64,000 nucleotides of DNA from positions 75,828,001-75,892,000 of the forward strand of contig NC_058368.1 in the NCBI RefSeq assembly GCF_018350175.1. Reading direction: 5' to 3'. The notes below the pieces were generated by a model, which was not told the DNA's origin, searched no databases, and was given only the letters and a program-made list of their open reading frames with translations. Source of the stretch: Felis catus (taxonomy: Eukaryota). Positions 38,532 to 52,394 of the stretch are shown piece after piece. A program made the position numbers and the translations under genes. The number at the start of each line of letters is the position of its first letter. The stretch's first letter is position 1.

Positions 38532-40299
38532 CCTAAAAGTCGTCTTTATAAATTGATCAAAACTAAAATTCATGGGGCAAAATGAGTTTTAAATGAACAT
38601 AATACACTAACTGGAAAATTTTATTGTCTATTCTATATTGCCGATATTTCAACCAAATCCACTGGTTCTAAAGGTAGCTACAAATGCACAGGAAGAATCC
38701 AAAGATCGGTATGAAAGTACAAACAACCGAATATAATAATAATGAGCTATTTTTTAACGAAGATTTAGCAAAAGTTGTAACAAGATTGAGCTTCTGATAC
38801 TGTAGAACTTGGATCTGTAAGGAATTTTTTTCAGCTGTGCATGACTTTTAATCTCTCTCTATTCCAATGCATATCGGTACTTTATTTACTCACTCTTAAC
38901 CATCAAACTGTAATTGAAAGTATTTTTCTGGATTTTAGAGTTCAATGATTTAAATTTTAGCTCCTAGCAAAAAGGCTTGAGTTGCATCCCATGTAGCTGG
39001 TAAAACTATATCCTGGGACTTTCTAAGGAAAATGTCATCCTAGAAGTTCGTGAATTTAATTTGGAACCACCTGCTGAGATCCTAGTGGAATATTCTATAA
39101 TTCAGAATCCATTTCTCCTATTTTTTAAGAAGATCAGGAAAGGAAGAAGAAACTTCATCATAAAGTTTCTTTCTGATTCTTCTCCCATAGCAAATAGATC
39201 TAAAAGGAGTCGTGGGGGTGACTATCTGAAAGAAATGTTAGAATTTAAGGCACCATATTAAAAACATACGTCTAGCAGAATTCCCTTTCCAAGTTTATCC
39301 AAAAGGCTCTGAGGTTAAGAAAAAATATCAAATAAATAAAGGTATGTGTCGGATTTTTGGAAGGAAAATGATATCCTCCGTGGACACCTTTTGACAAATT
39401 TGTTAAACTAAGTGTATTTATCCCAGATCCAGGGAATCTTGCTTTCCCCTAACTTAAGCTCATTACCCTAATTTCAGTTGTGTCTTTTTCTCATAGGGAT
39501 TCTCAAGATATATAGAACTGAGCTACCATAAAAGATCGGCATAGGATGAGAGTCAACGTCTTTATAAGGCAGAACGATGGCACAATCTTTGGCAAGGACC
39601 TACCATGTGCTTTTTATATTACGGTTTCCCTCATTCCTCATGTGTCACTCCAAAAATTTTACGAGCATATTACTTATGCTATCAAAACATATCCTCAGTC
39701 AAGATATAAATTTTCACAGGATGGCCATATATTTAGACGTTCTCCTTATTGATCCATGAGCACGTGTCCATATGTTTAGCATATCTACTTCTTTACCGGG
39801 GAGAATAATGTATCAACTGCTGGAAAACTTCTTGTTCCCTAGTCGGTGTGTGTTTGGCCTGCCTCTTTCTCCCACTGTGCAGACAGATTATTCTGCTCTG
39901 ATGCCTGCTCTGCTGTCACAAGAGTTGAAATAAGACGTGACACATGAGACAGAAGAGAAGACATACCCGGAAGGAGAGCATCCAAGATAATTCAGAAAAT
40001 AAACTCCAACCAAATCCTGCTCTGGTCTTGGAATCACATGCTGTGAATGTCTGGGGAAGCTATTGTGGGCTTGTTTTGTCTACGTCAATTTACAGCGAAT
40101 ACAAAATTTATTGGAAACTGAGAAGCAGTGTGGTTTTGAGCCCCTCTTTACCTATTTCAGTTTTGTCTCATTCTGCTTCAAGACTTTCAATAGCCGACAG
40201 ACTCAAAATTACTCAGTTTCATAAATCTATTCTAGTTTTCCAAGCTATCTTCAGATTTGGGGATTACAGTTAAAAACTAAATAAGAAAAAAAAAAAGCA

Positions 40300-40515
40300 G
40301 GGGTGCCTGGGTGGCTCAGTCAGTTAAGCACCTGACTTTGGCTCAGGTCCTGATCTCACAGTTTGTGAGTTTGAGCCCCGCATCGGGCTCTGTGCTGACA
40401 GCTCAGAACCTGGAGCCTGTTCGGATTCTGTGCCCCCCTCTCTCTCTGCCCCTCCCCCACTCACACTCTGTCTCTCTCTCAAAAATAAACAAAGTTTTTA
40501 AAAAAAAAGGAAAAA
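40300..40515 (+). mobile_element. Can-SINE
   Basis: Full length. Confidence 0.96.
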
Positions 40516-40686
40516 AGGCAAAAAGATCAAAAGAAAACAACAACTATCAATCATGTATTAATTGGATTGATTTGATAAAGTGCTCACCACGCACTTAGTT
40601 TTCGATTAAGTAGAGTGGTACAAATAAAAGTTAATTAACATTTTTGTGATGTCACAGGCCTCAGAATTCACTTAAGAGTCAAAATG

Positions 40687-40897
40687 GAGGCGCCTGGGTG
40701 GCTCAGTCAGTTAAGCATCCAACTCTTGATTTCGGCTCAGATCATGATCTCATGGTTCGTGAGTTCAAGCCCCACATCAGGCTCTGTGCTGACAGCACAG
40801 AGCCTGCTTGGGATTCTCTGTCTCCCCCTCGCTGTGTCCCTCCCCTGGTCATGCTCTTTCCTCTTTCAGAATAAATAAATAAACTTCAAAAGAAAAA
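40687..40897 (+). mobile_element. Can-SINE
   Basis: TSD aagaRtcaaaatg at 40674-40686 and 40898-40910. Confidence 0.95.
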
Positions 40898-41404
40898 AAG
40901 AATCAAAATGAACATAAAGGATAACTACAGTAAATAGCACATGATTCATCTTTCAGCTGACATCACTTCTCACTCCTTACTAATAGCTGGGTCATAGACT
41001 ACATACATAAAGCAGGACCTAGTTGGATCACTGGTAAACCCCTGCTTTCCTAGCCTAAGTATAGTTATATTTAGCAGCAATTCATGCCCAAATATGGTGT
41101 TCCTGATTCATCTTTGGTCCCTGGCCTTAAGGCATATTATCTCATTTATAAAATCTCATTCGTTTTCCCTTCCAGCCAGGCATATTTATTTTCAATTTGG
41201 CAAAGCTGGCGTGAGAACTGCAACCTACTTTATGAAAAAGGAAACACTTGACCAGCCCACATTGAATAGATTATAATAACTTGCTCATCTTTCCCATCAA
41301 GATGTTCAATACAGGTTATTAAGAACATACATCACATTTTAAAAACTCCTCACAAGGTGCTAGACAAGAAATCTGGCTACTCAAAAATAATTTAGGCACG
41401 AAGT

Positions 41405-41600
41405 AGGACAACACCCTTTTATTCAGCATTCATACCTATTCTGGTATGCCCAAATTTGGAAGCAGCTCCAAGTGAACGCTTGAATAAACGTAACGTTTGC
41501 AATGCACCACATAACAGAATGCTAAAGTTATACCATTGAGTGTCTGTTACGTAACAACTTTCAAAAGTATCAGTGATTATTAACAGACTCACTAGATGTT
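41405..41600 (+). mobile_element. Ancient L1M fragment
   Basis: 'ttcagcattc...caaatttggaagcagctccaagtg...tgaataaa' resembles the L1 ORF2 end. Confidence 0.5.
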
Positions 41601-44600
41601 TATAATCTTCCTCATTGTGCGAGCAGCCCTCTCGTCATGCTAATTCACTCAGCCACACATTTGATGGTGTTTTCAAAACCAAACTCCTCTACAACCCTTC
41701 TGTTCCATGTCCCTTCTGAACCAGGGCCTTCTCCATTGAGTATGGCCATTCTGCAGGGGTCTTCTAAAGATCCACCTCGGGCTGTCTCTACACCAATGGT
41801 CTCAGACCCAACAATCCTCCTGTCCAAGGAAGAGGATCAGAAGAAGGGCCAGCCTCACGTGTGACATCCGGGAGCTCACAGGCCCTGGTGAAGGTGTGGC
41901 TGATACCCAGCTCCTGCTAATTTTTCCCATGTAGAACCGAAGAGTCTGTTGGACGAGGGTCTTTGCAAACTTGTTTGTTGTGAATCCCCAGGCCTTTTTA
42001 AGTTAAGTCCTGGCATTCGATTCTCCCCCTACCCCCTTAACATTTTATGGACCAGGTCATATCTGGAAATGATGGTTACCAGTTTAATCTTGCTCAGACT
42101 GCTCCAAATGAACACTTCCCCTTTTCTCTCTGTCTGATAGGAAAGGATCCCTGATTGATGCTTCTTCTTGATCTCTGGGCTCCAACCCAGCCCTGCTGGT
42201 GTGGTGTGCATGGATTTCTATAAGCAACCCCGATGCTCTCTGATACAAAGCCATCTTCCATTTCCAGCAGTTGAGACAACCTTCTCAATGCCAGATGACT
42301 ACCTCATGCATTTTTCACTTCCGGTTTCCTTCTTCTTTCCATTTTCCCCATAATAAACCTCTGTCCTCTGACCCCTCCATTCAGCTCATTCTTACCCTTG
42401 ATTTTAATATCAGCCAAAAGCTGTCTAATCCTGGATTCTCTGACCACATCTGACTCTCTCTCTTCCTCTCTCCCTCCTTGGAATCGCTTTGGCTTTATTT
42501 TCTGTACCATATTCATTTGACATTTAATAGAATAACAGAAGTAGTAAATTCCGTCAGAACTTGGACACCGTGTAGTCCAGCCCTATCACTGGCTAGTGGT
42601 CCAGACACAAGAACTGACTTATCTAACACAAGTTGAAGATAGAGGAAAAACTCAAATCCTGCTTATAAATGCTTCTTCCACTTATTTTGCCTTGTCAACA
42701 ATATTCAAAACTCCAGAAAGACAGGAACCATACTTTAGGCTTCTCCTATATCCACTTTATGACAATACCAAATGCAAGGAGTTATGGAAATGTTTTTTAA
42801 ACTTTAGGGAGCCGAAGGATTCTTATGACTTTGCCCCAAATTGAAGCACTGACATTAGGTCAGAGACAGAGAATGAATCTGTTTCCATAGAGGGTTCACA
42901 AACCCATGATCTGTGGGAGTGCAGACTGGGCTCCAGTCCCCCACCTCCATTTGGTCTGGTGCTAACTTTGGAGCGCCCTCCCACCTCGTGCGAAGCTGAA
43001 TCCAGGTGCCATCTTTCTCTTGATGAAACCCATAAATGCTGGTTCCACAACTGGGAGAGCCACCTTGACTGATGCCAAGGTCACTCCGGGCTGCTGTGAT
43101 GATTGCACCAGAGTGGCTAAGGTTGGATCAATCCACCTTCTACCACTTTACGTTGCAGTAGTGGCTATGTCATCTGGAAAACTAACCCTTTTCACTTTCA
43201 AATGTGGATTTGTTGATGTAGATCTCACCGTTCACCTCGTGTTCTAATATCACTTTTGTGATAACTGCAGTTACTTATAAAGTTGTGATGAACCTAATTA
43301 GCATGCTTATCACCATCAAGGCCACCACAATGATACAATATATTCAACTGGTCAATTTGGTTAACCCACCAGTTCTTGACCCTTCCAAACAAACAAATGT
43401 GTACTGTTTCCCAGTACGAATGTGATCGGTGAATTTGCGAAGCCTGTTTTTTTTTTTTTTAAACAGGCTTGAAAGTTCTCTCCTTGAGTATCATATGACT
43501 ATCATAATAACTTTTTGGGTTATATGAATCATGTTTTTCTTCCTTCATGCTTTTTTGAGAACAAAATCATATGGAAACAATGAATAAGAACCTTAGAACT
43601 AGTCAGACCTGAGTCTGATTCTCAAATCCACAGTTTACCTGACCCTACCGATCACAACTTACCAAGTATGTTACAATGAATTACTTCCCTGCTGTAAGTA
43701 TAAACACACAGTACACAACACTAGCACTAAATGAAGATCAAAAACATGTCTGCCTCCCTGTTCCCTCTAGGTGTTTACAAAACATACTATAACTCAGCTA
43801 CCACTGAGTACAATGGGGAAATAGGCTCACTTTCTCTATCAAAAACAAAACAGGGAGAATTTTAGCTAAGGTGACTTAGATTAGATAACAAAAAGGACTT
43901 CCTGGATGCTTACACTAATCAACTGAAAGATCATTTAAGTGGTGGCTTTCATGCCCTTGATGGGAATTAGTGAGAAAGGCACAATTAACTTAAGAGGATT
44001 CCTTCTCTGGGATTATTCTCGGCAAAGTGTGTGCCTTAGTATTTCTACTTCCACAGAAGGACCCAGCTACATCTTAAAGAAGGCTTGCCATTAAATGATG
44101 GCACACGATATAATTTTTTAAAGCACAAGATGAAATGGAAAACAAAATATAAAAGCAGTCTTATGATCTTGAAGTGAGCCCTGAGACTCCGCTTCTATGG
44201 CTCATGTCCCTTCTCCTTCTTCCATTTTCACACCAGAATTGAAAGTATGAACACCACGCTCAACTCGTAATGACATCAGGGAAAATGGAGACTTGCGCGA
44301 GGCCTCCGCTCTTTTGTTAACTTGACAAGTGCCGCATGTCGGAGCTAATATGCTATTCTGTTCTTGTCTTCCACAACCCACGTGTCTCAGAAAACCGGCA
44401 CAGAGCAGAAAAACAACCTGGATTCTGGCCACATCTCCAGAGCTAAGCCAGACTTTGGTTCCTGCTGTAGAATTTCCTGACCTGGGAGTAAAAATTCCAT
44501 ACTTAAGCCATGCTGTCATTTAGATGAGTTCCATTGTAATGTCATATCTACAAACCAACATTTTCTGAAAAGGTCCTTGTTCCATTTGGTGCTTTCCTGA

Positions 44601-45382
44601 GGAAGTTTTATCAGTGTTCTGATGTACAGTAACCTGATAAGCCTTTACTTAGCACCCATATATCACTCCTTAACCTTTAAGGAAGACTACAGCCAACCAT
44701 GCCTTCCCCATTTGGGTAATGATAAAGCATTCACCACTATTTGAAGCAGATTAACCAGGAACCTTTCTGGCAGAAACTTGGGTTTCAAGCTTAAGTAAAA
44801 CCTAATAATAATGTCAGGCTCTGCAGAACTATCCATACATATATGCAAAGATTTGAATCTTGCAAATTTTGGTATACATGTAAGTGTTATCTCACAGACA
44901 CAAAATCAGCATCGGATACAATTACGTTAGCTTAGATTGATGTGTCTTTATAGGAAAGACTTGGACTTGAAAAGCGTAAGTAAAATCTCCAAGGAAAGTC
45001 AAGTTTTAATAATAAATCCATCTTTTATAACGACTCTTCCTCATGCCTAGGCTATTTGCATTTTACGTATATATAAACGAATGATGTTCTGAAGTGTTAC
45101 GGTCAATGTTTTTTTTGTGGTTTGGTGTATCATTAAAATTCATGTCAAATATTCTTAGGGATGCAAACATTTTAATAAAAATCATGGTGTAAAATCAAAA
45201 GGTATAGAGTGAACAATGAAAACAGTTTTACGATCCAAAATTTGAACCCTATCTTGTGCCACCTGATGGAACAGACAGAAGCAGATTATAGGATCATCAG
45301 GCTAGCCACAGATTACGTGATGAAACGACCCACTGTAATCAAATTTTGAGAGGTCCTCATGTTTACTCACTTAAATTTAGCG

Positions 45383-45601
45383 TTTTTTAAAAGTATTTTT
45401 TATGCAGTTTATTTATTTTAAGAGACAGAGAGAGCATGAGCCCAGGAGGGGCAGAGAGACAGGGAGAAAGAGAATCCCCAGCAGGCTCTGTTCTGTCAGC
45501 ACAGAGCCCGACTCGGGGCTCGAACTCATGAACCGTGAGATCGCGACCTGAGCCGAAACCAAGAGTCGGACACTTAACTGACTGAGCCACCCAGGCGCCC
45601 C
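45383..45601 (-). mobile_element. Can-SINE
   Basis: TSD tcacttaaRtttag at 45367-45380 and 45605-45618. Confidence 0.96.
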
Positions 45602-45944
45602 TATTCACTTAAGTTTAGTAGGCAGGATTCTCCTTAGAAGAAAGTTGACTGGAACTTGGCCTTGAAGGGTAGGCGATCATTGTTTAGGCTGTACAGGTGG
45701 AGGGACACCCTGGGAAGAAGGTGTGATAAAATCGAATACCAAAGTGTCAAAGAGAATGGTATATTCAGAGAATGGCCAATATTGTTCATGACAGTGGTCA
45801 GTGCACAGCGGAGAGCACAGGTCCGTGAGGACCTGAGAAGGGAAAAGGTGATTGGGCCAGATGTTCAACTCCTACTCTACCCTGCAATGGAGTGTTTGGC
45901 TTTGTTCTGCCAATAGTGGAGTGTTACACTCATTTTTCATCAGG

Positions 45945-46095
45945 AGATCAACCTGAGAATCAACTGAGCATCACCTGCAAAGTCGTTAGAAACACATGTC
46001 CAAGCCCACCCCAGGCCTATGGGGTCAGCAGCACTAATGGGAGCCGAACCCCAGGAGTATATTTCAGTAGGACATCCCAGTGATTCCTTCTTCTG
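45945..46095. mobile_element. MER5-like hAT-Charlie fragment
   Basis: 'gcatcacctgcaaagtcgttagaaacac...gcccaccccaggcctat...cccagtgattc'. Confidence 0.5.
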
Positions 46096-46540
46096 CTTGA
46101 TGTGCTAGGAGTCATCTAGCCAGAGGGCTGAAAACAAAGCAGAGTAATTTAAAACCCTACCACAAGCTCAAATGCAGACTGACTCCTCTTTATTTGACTG
46201 CAGAGGCACTTGTTTGTATGAATTATCGTCTTTTGCATCATGGAGTGTGTTTACCGAACTAAAACTATTCTATCCTTGTGTTAAGTACTATTAGCCTTCC
46301 CAGCAGTTCATACTAATAATGTACACGGTATTATAGGTTTGTCTGAAAAAAAACTAAATATATACCTATATTTATAGACACAGTCCAGCACATTATTTAA
46401 CTATAAGAAATAACTATCAGAAATAAATATCCCCCTACCGCTCCCTTGCAGAATCTTTACAAATGAGCGGTCACATCATTCATTTGTAGGAAGTGAAGGC
46501 ACCAGAGGGTTGTGAAGTTTCTTCTAAACTGGTCCTCTTA

Positions 46541-46664
46541 GGGGAGCCTGGGTGGCTCAGTCGGTTAATCATCCAACTTCAGGTCAGGTCATGATTTCGT
46601 AGTTAGTTCAAGCCCCACGTCAGGCTCTGTGCTGACAGCTCAGAGTCTAGAGCCTGCTTTGGAT

Positions 46665-46699
<35 letters not shown>

Positions 46700-46770
46700 T
46701 CCTCCTCCTTTCTCTTTCGCTCTCAAGAATAAATAAACATTAAAAAATTAAAAAAATAAAACAACCGTAT
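46541..46770 (+). mobile_element. Can-SINE with expanded (CT)n
   Basis: TSD taaactggtcMtctta at 46525-46540 and 46771-46786. Confidence 0.96.
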
Positions 46771-47629
46771 TAAACTGGTCATCTTAGCCTGGACTGTGGC
46801 CACGGAGATGGGGCATTCTAGGCATTTCAACAGAAGTGGAAAGGGAACACACAGGCATGTATCCCATGGAGTATGACAAAGCAGTTTAGACCCGCATGTA
46901 TTTTGTGTTTGGATTAAACGGTACCATATTCTACCAAAAGTTCCGATGGGCTGCCAGGGCAGGACACAGCCCACTTCTCAACTCCTTGTGGCATCTTAAA
47001 ATCTGTCTGGCTTCTCTCCGACTGCATTTGGTTTCCCTGAAGCATGTACACTATCAAGACTTTAAGACTGATGCCACACAGCTGTGAAACTTGACCTGTT
47101 AACATCCAGGCTTGGCCACTTCTGGTGACCTCCGAAGCAAAACATCATGTTTCATTGTAATATTTTCACAGGCTGTCAATCACCTTGACTGATGGGGTGT
47201 GTGCACGGCCCCCTCTCTGCCCACTGCTGATGAATCTTTTCACTTCTCAGTTTATTTGAGTGTCAGAGCTGACGGGCAGACTTGGACACAGCTCACTGGC
47301 CCAGGTAAGCGGTGCTGTTTACTTCTCTCATGTGTTCCAGTCACTATAAGTGCTTTCAAGGGCAGGGGAAGTAAAACATTTCCCCAAATCCCGTGTAATT
47401 CTATTCTCTAAGTGTTTAACACATATTAGCACAGTGCATACACATCATAACATGAATTCCTAGCCAAGCAAAAGGTTTCTCATTGGCTTAGTAGCTTAGA
47501 TGTTATAATTTACTGAGTAATTTCCCTTGGTTTTTCTCAGTGTCATCTTTGAACCAATAGAAGCCCCCCAAAATTAAAAGACGTTGATGACGTGCATTTA
47601 GCAATTACAATTAAGATTTTGGAATCTTT

Positions 47630-47847
47630 GGGGGCATCCAGGGGCTCAGTCAGTTATGCTTCCGACTTCGGCTCAGGTCATGATCTCATGGTTTGTGAGT
47701 TCAAGCCCCGCGTCAGGCTCTCTGCTGACAGTGCAGAGCCCGCTTCGGATCCGCTGTCCCCCTCTCTCTCTGCCCCTCCCCTGCTTGCACTCTGTCTCTG
47801 TCTCTCTCTCTCGAAGATAAGTAAGCATTTAAAAAAAGAAAAAGAAC
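47630..47847 (+). mobile_element. Can-SINE
   Basis: Head, body, CT tract and tail. Confidence 0.95.
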
Positions 47848-48512
47848 ACCTTTTGGGATCTTTCATAGAAATTTGGCATCGCCATGATGCCCCTCCCTTA
47901 GTGGATTCATCACGGAGCTGGATGGAGACTAGTCAGGGTTTTGGTTGAAGCTGGCAAATCACGTGTGTTGCCAGCTGCACCGTGCCACGTGCACGAGACC
48001 AAACATCGTCATGTTGGCCCATAACAAAGTGGAAATGGACACAGATAAAAAGTTGCCTCTTCACCAGAGGCCTATCAGATGCCTGCGTATCAGATGAAGA
48101 GTTCATTGTGAGAGCAGCAAAGCCCACTTTCCCTTGTGTTTTAACTCACCCGTGTCTTTAGGTGGTAGTTGCTGCTCCTTAAGCCAGAATTGGCAAGCAG
48201 ATGGGAGGAGGCTAGAAGTTAAAGGCTTATGAAAGCTGAAACCCACCTGAAAGTCAGCTGATGGTTCTACTGATTTTTATAGGTTTGTTCAGAGAGAAGA
48301 GAATTCAAAACTAGATGAGTATAGCTCAAAGATGATGCCTGAAATACCACGATAAGGTGCATCCTAGTCCTAAACTTCTGCGATTTTCATGTCAAGCATG
48401 AGCCCATATCAAGTACGCATAACATTAAATGAGCAGAAGTTAGCAGGTGAAGAAAGTGGGGCTATTTCTGCTTGTATGGAAGATGTTTGGGCTTTGGAAT
48501 AAAAGAGATTGA

Positions 48513-48753
48513 GGGGTGCTTGGGTGTCAGTCGCTTAAGCGTCTGGCTTCGGGTCAGGTCACGATCTTGAGGTTCACAAGTTTGAGCTTCTCTCATTGGG
48601 CTCTGTGCTGACAGCTTGGAGTCTGGAGCCTGCTTTGGATTCTGTGTCCCCCTCTCTCTCTGCCCCTCCCCTGCTTGTGCTCTGTCTCTCTCTCTCTCTC
48701 TCTCCCTCTCTCAAAAATAAATAAAAATTTAAATAAATAAAAATAAATAAATA
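48513..48753 (+). mobile_element. Can-SINE (probably inserted into a MIR at ~48470-48930)
   Basis: Head at 48513, (TAAA)n tail; the flanks join into MIR-like sequence. Confidence 0.93.
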
Positions 48754-50170
48754 AGATTAAGAACTGAGCCCCACTCTCCTACTCACTGTATCTATGGCAA
48801 TCGGTGACAAACCACTTTCTATTGTGTAATGGTTTCACCATCTAGGATGTGTGGGTAACATTTTCTGGCAGGCATGGATCCTGGATAGATGCAATAAGAA
48901 GTCATTTGGAAAGTTACAAATATTTCTACTTGGATCTAACTAATGACTCATTTATAGTCATATTTATATTTATGTTTATACTTATATTTCAATAAGGGAC
49001 GTCTTTAGGATAAGACATCAACTCCTGAAACCTTTCGAGAAGCTTCTTATTTTAGTAACACCATAATATTCTTGTTCGTTAGCTCAACTCGATCTTGGGG
49101 GGGTGGGAGGGTGTGGAGGAGCGGAAATCAATCCTGGCAAGTCACGTAGCTCCTGAACTGTCAGCGAAACAGGAGAGAGATGTGGGAGTGAACCGTGTCG
49201 TAACAAATCTTCACATATATGTTTACGTATTTGTGCGTTTATGTTTGAAAGCATGTGTCCATCTGTGTACATGTGGGGGTGTGAGCCCATCAAAATCACA
49301 AGCCACCTCTACACATGCGTATGTTGTGAGACTGGGAAGGAAAATTGAAAGAAAAATACATCTTCTTAGAAAATACGCTCACTCATAGTTCACAGCCACG
49401 GCAACAAGTAGGCGCCGGTTTTGCCGTGTCAGAGAGTAAAAGGGTCTCATTTTTTTGTGTGTTAGCGCTTTAAAATCAAGACTGCATGCACTGTGGACTG
49501 AGCAATAAACAGCCACAGAGGAGAGGTTTCTAACTTTGGGTTTTATATTACTATCCAAGGCCTCATAAGGCTGTGGGAAAGAGATAATAAAAATAATGTG
49601 GAATGTTTAAGATTATATATTTCCCAGCTCTTACATATTTATATCATCTTAATTTTCCATCAACACTCTCAACTACGCTTTTATGATAGAAATTCTGGCA
49701 TAAAGGAAACTTACAGATTCATTTAAGGAATACAGTGTCATTCGCCCGTGGAACCTCACCATGAAATTAAGGAGGACAAATACCTGAATTGGGATCTACC
49801 AAATAATGACTCCAATGAACAAAATTAATGAGAGAAGGAATTAACAACCATAAGCAGTGGACTCGTCTGGCTTATTCGTGAATAGAAAGCTTAAGGTCAT
49901 CCCGACTGGAAGTAGGCAAAGAAAGAACACCAAATTAGACAAAAATACCCGGTGTGTGGAAACTATGCTCTCTCCTCACTGTGGGTACAAATTGTATTCA
50001 TTCATGGAGTTTCCCTTTTAAGTCCCATTGCTGTGGTGCTTTCCACAATCACTGCCTCTAATTTCTTAAAAGGCGGAAAGCACTATTTTTCTTGTTGCAC
50101 TCAATTCGACACTTTACTATGTGTTCACATTCCTCTAGAAATCTTTTGCATGTGTGGGCTTTACCCTCTA

Positions 50171-50394
50171 TTTTTTTTTTAATTTTTTTTTCAACGTTTA
50201 TTTATTTTTGGGACAGAGAGAGACAGAGCATGAACGGGGGAGGGGCAGAGAGAGAGGGAGACACAGAATCGGAAACAGGCTCCAGGCTCTGAGCCATCAG
50301 CCCAGAGCCTGACGCGGGGCTCGAACTCACGGACCGTGAGATCGTGACTTGGCTGAAGTCGGACGCTTAACCGACTGCGCCACCCAGGCGCCCC
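50171..50394 (-). mobile_element. Young SINEC_Fc-type SINE
   Basis: Nearly identical to the 38024 and 58727 copies; TSD taccctct at 50162-50169 and 50395-50402. Confidence 0.97.
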
Positions 50395-51345
50395 TACCCT
50401 CTCACTATTGATCTGACTTCTTTGTAGACAAGTGTCGTGTAAGGCCTTCTGTATCCACCGGAGAAACCACGGAGTATGGTGACACATGACAGAGTACAGA
50501 GGAAATGAATGTCGTGAAGAAAAAAAAAAAAATCTGTTGCACCAGGACATACTTCATCTATGCTCACTCTAGAAAATTTGGTTGTCACTTTTCCCAACGC
50601 GATCTTAATGTATATGCATGTGTTGGGTAGAAACAGAAATCACAGGTCTTAGTGGTATATAATTGGGTTGCATGGGTTTAAGAAAAAAAAATGGAGTCAT
50701 GCTGAATAATCTGAACTCCTACCAAGAGTTGATCATAAATAATGTTTAATTATCACCAGTATATAGAATATATTACTTCTATGTCACTCTAGAAGAATGA
50801 TAGGCATGTGGTAGGCTTTTACCTAATTCCATGCAAAGACCCAAGCTAGTTTTATGCACTGACAGAATAAGATCATATCTTTCATTTATCTCTGAAAGAT
50901 CAGTTCTTAGGGAATAAAGAGTGGGTAGAGTCTACTGAAACTATGAAAAATGTTAGTATTAGGTATTGTATTTAATTCCCAAAGTATTTAATCTCCAGCC
51001 CGCCATCACTTTCAGGTCGCACTCTCTCCCTTATGTGTCCACACGTTTTAAAGAATGTTCAGATGGACAAGAGATAGCTGTAGTGTCCCCGTGCAAAGTC
51101 CTACTTTCGTATAGATAAAAAGGAAAACACAACAAAACCACCAAATTGCTTTTAAAATCAGCAGCTCCCATGACAAAATGGTATCTAAAGAAAGTGCAAA
51201 AAGAACACATAGACTAGTCATGATGTATTAAGAATGCATTCGTTTAGGCATTCCATGTTATTTATATTAGCCACCATTTTAGAGAAAGAGTAAAGAATGA
51301 AGGCATATACCTCAAAAATGTTGTAGATCACCCAGGAGTGAGTAA

Positions 51346-51362
51346 GTGGGTCACTGACCCAC
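51346..51362. promoter_or_regulatory. Perfect IR1 nuclear-receptor-type palindrome GTGGGTCA-C-TGACCCAC
   Basis: Two RGGTCA half-sites inverted with a 1-nt spacer; motif match only. Confidence 0.3.
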
Positions 51363-52394
51363 AGCACAGGGGGTTTCGGACACAGTCTGGATTCCACGTG
51401 TGGGGCTTGTAATCACCATCTGAGGTATTTACCATCAAGGGAAACACAGCCATCTTTTATCCTACAATGTTCTAAGTCTTCCGTAGACAATGTAAGCTCT
51501 CAAACACCACCTGGAGCACACTGAGGGCAGTATCTACATGCAGACGTAGATTCAAACATTCTTTAGTGACATTTTGAAAGCCTACTTGAATAGGAGCCCT
51601 TGATTTGACAGACAGTGCACTCAATCTATGCAGCTATGTGACTGAGGGAAAAAAATACAAGCTAAGATATACAAGCTAAAGGCTCAAACTAGGTCAAAAC
51701 CTACTAGGAAGATTCATCTTCTTGTAGTAACTCTCTAGGGCCAGCGAGCGGGTAGTACAGTTCGGAAAAGGTTGAAATGTCCTGGTCCGGCCCCCTCCAT
51801 GTACCATCCCTCTCCTGGCTTTTGAGAACCCCCCTTCTCTGCTTCCCTAATGCTCTCCTGACTATTCACAGCCCTCTGCTCTGACTCCCGCCCAGGCACA
51901 CTTCTCTTCAAGATAACTTCCCCCCATCAGCCACTATCAAAATGTCTATCTCTTTAATGGAAATTATACCCGGTATTTGGAGAAAAGTAATCTGATTTTT
52001 AAGCCATCTCATGCTAACATGAAGGTGACTTTTCTGTAAGGCTTAAAATATACCAAGGGGGTGGCTGTATTTTAAAGAGAACAACTGTAGACCCAAATGC
52101 ATTTGTACCTGCAAGGATTTCTTCAGGGAGGCAGAGGAAAACGTCTCCACTGTTGTGGTAGAGATTTCTGGATTTCTGGACTCTGTCCTGTGCCAGGGAG
52201 CACCTTGGTCCCCAGGGAGTGTGGCCTTGCAGCCACACCCTAACCCATTTAGCACATGGTGAAAAAGGTATACGTGTCCACTCTAAACTTGTTCTATTTA
52301 TTCAAATTGGGTTTCATTCTTCTGAAAATATAAAGCTCTTAGAACCATTGTTAAGGAAATCTGAATTTCTGCCCATACTACTTCTGGCCACTTG

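Noticed and set aside
39465..39560. Strong plus-strand acceptor (ccctaat...tttttctcatag|G)
   Set aside because: All three frames stop within ~50 nt and I see no nearby donor.
41600..43250. GC-richer stretch with many overlapping short ORFs, considered as a pseudogene
   Set aside because: No recognisable protein in the frames examined; may be decayed repeat DNA. BLASTx and Dfam searches would be needed.
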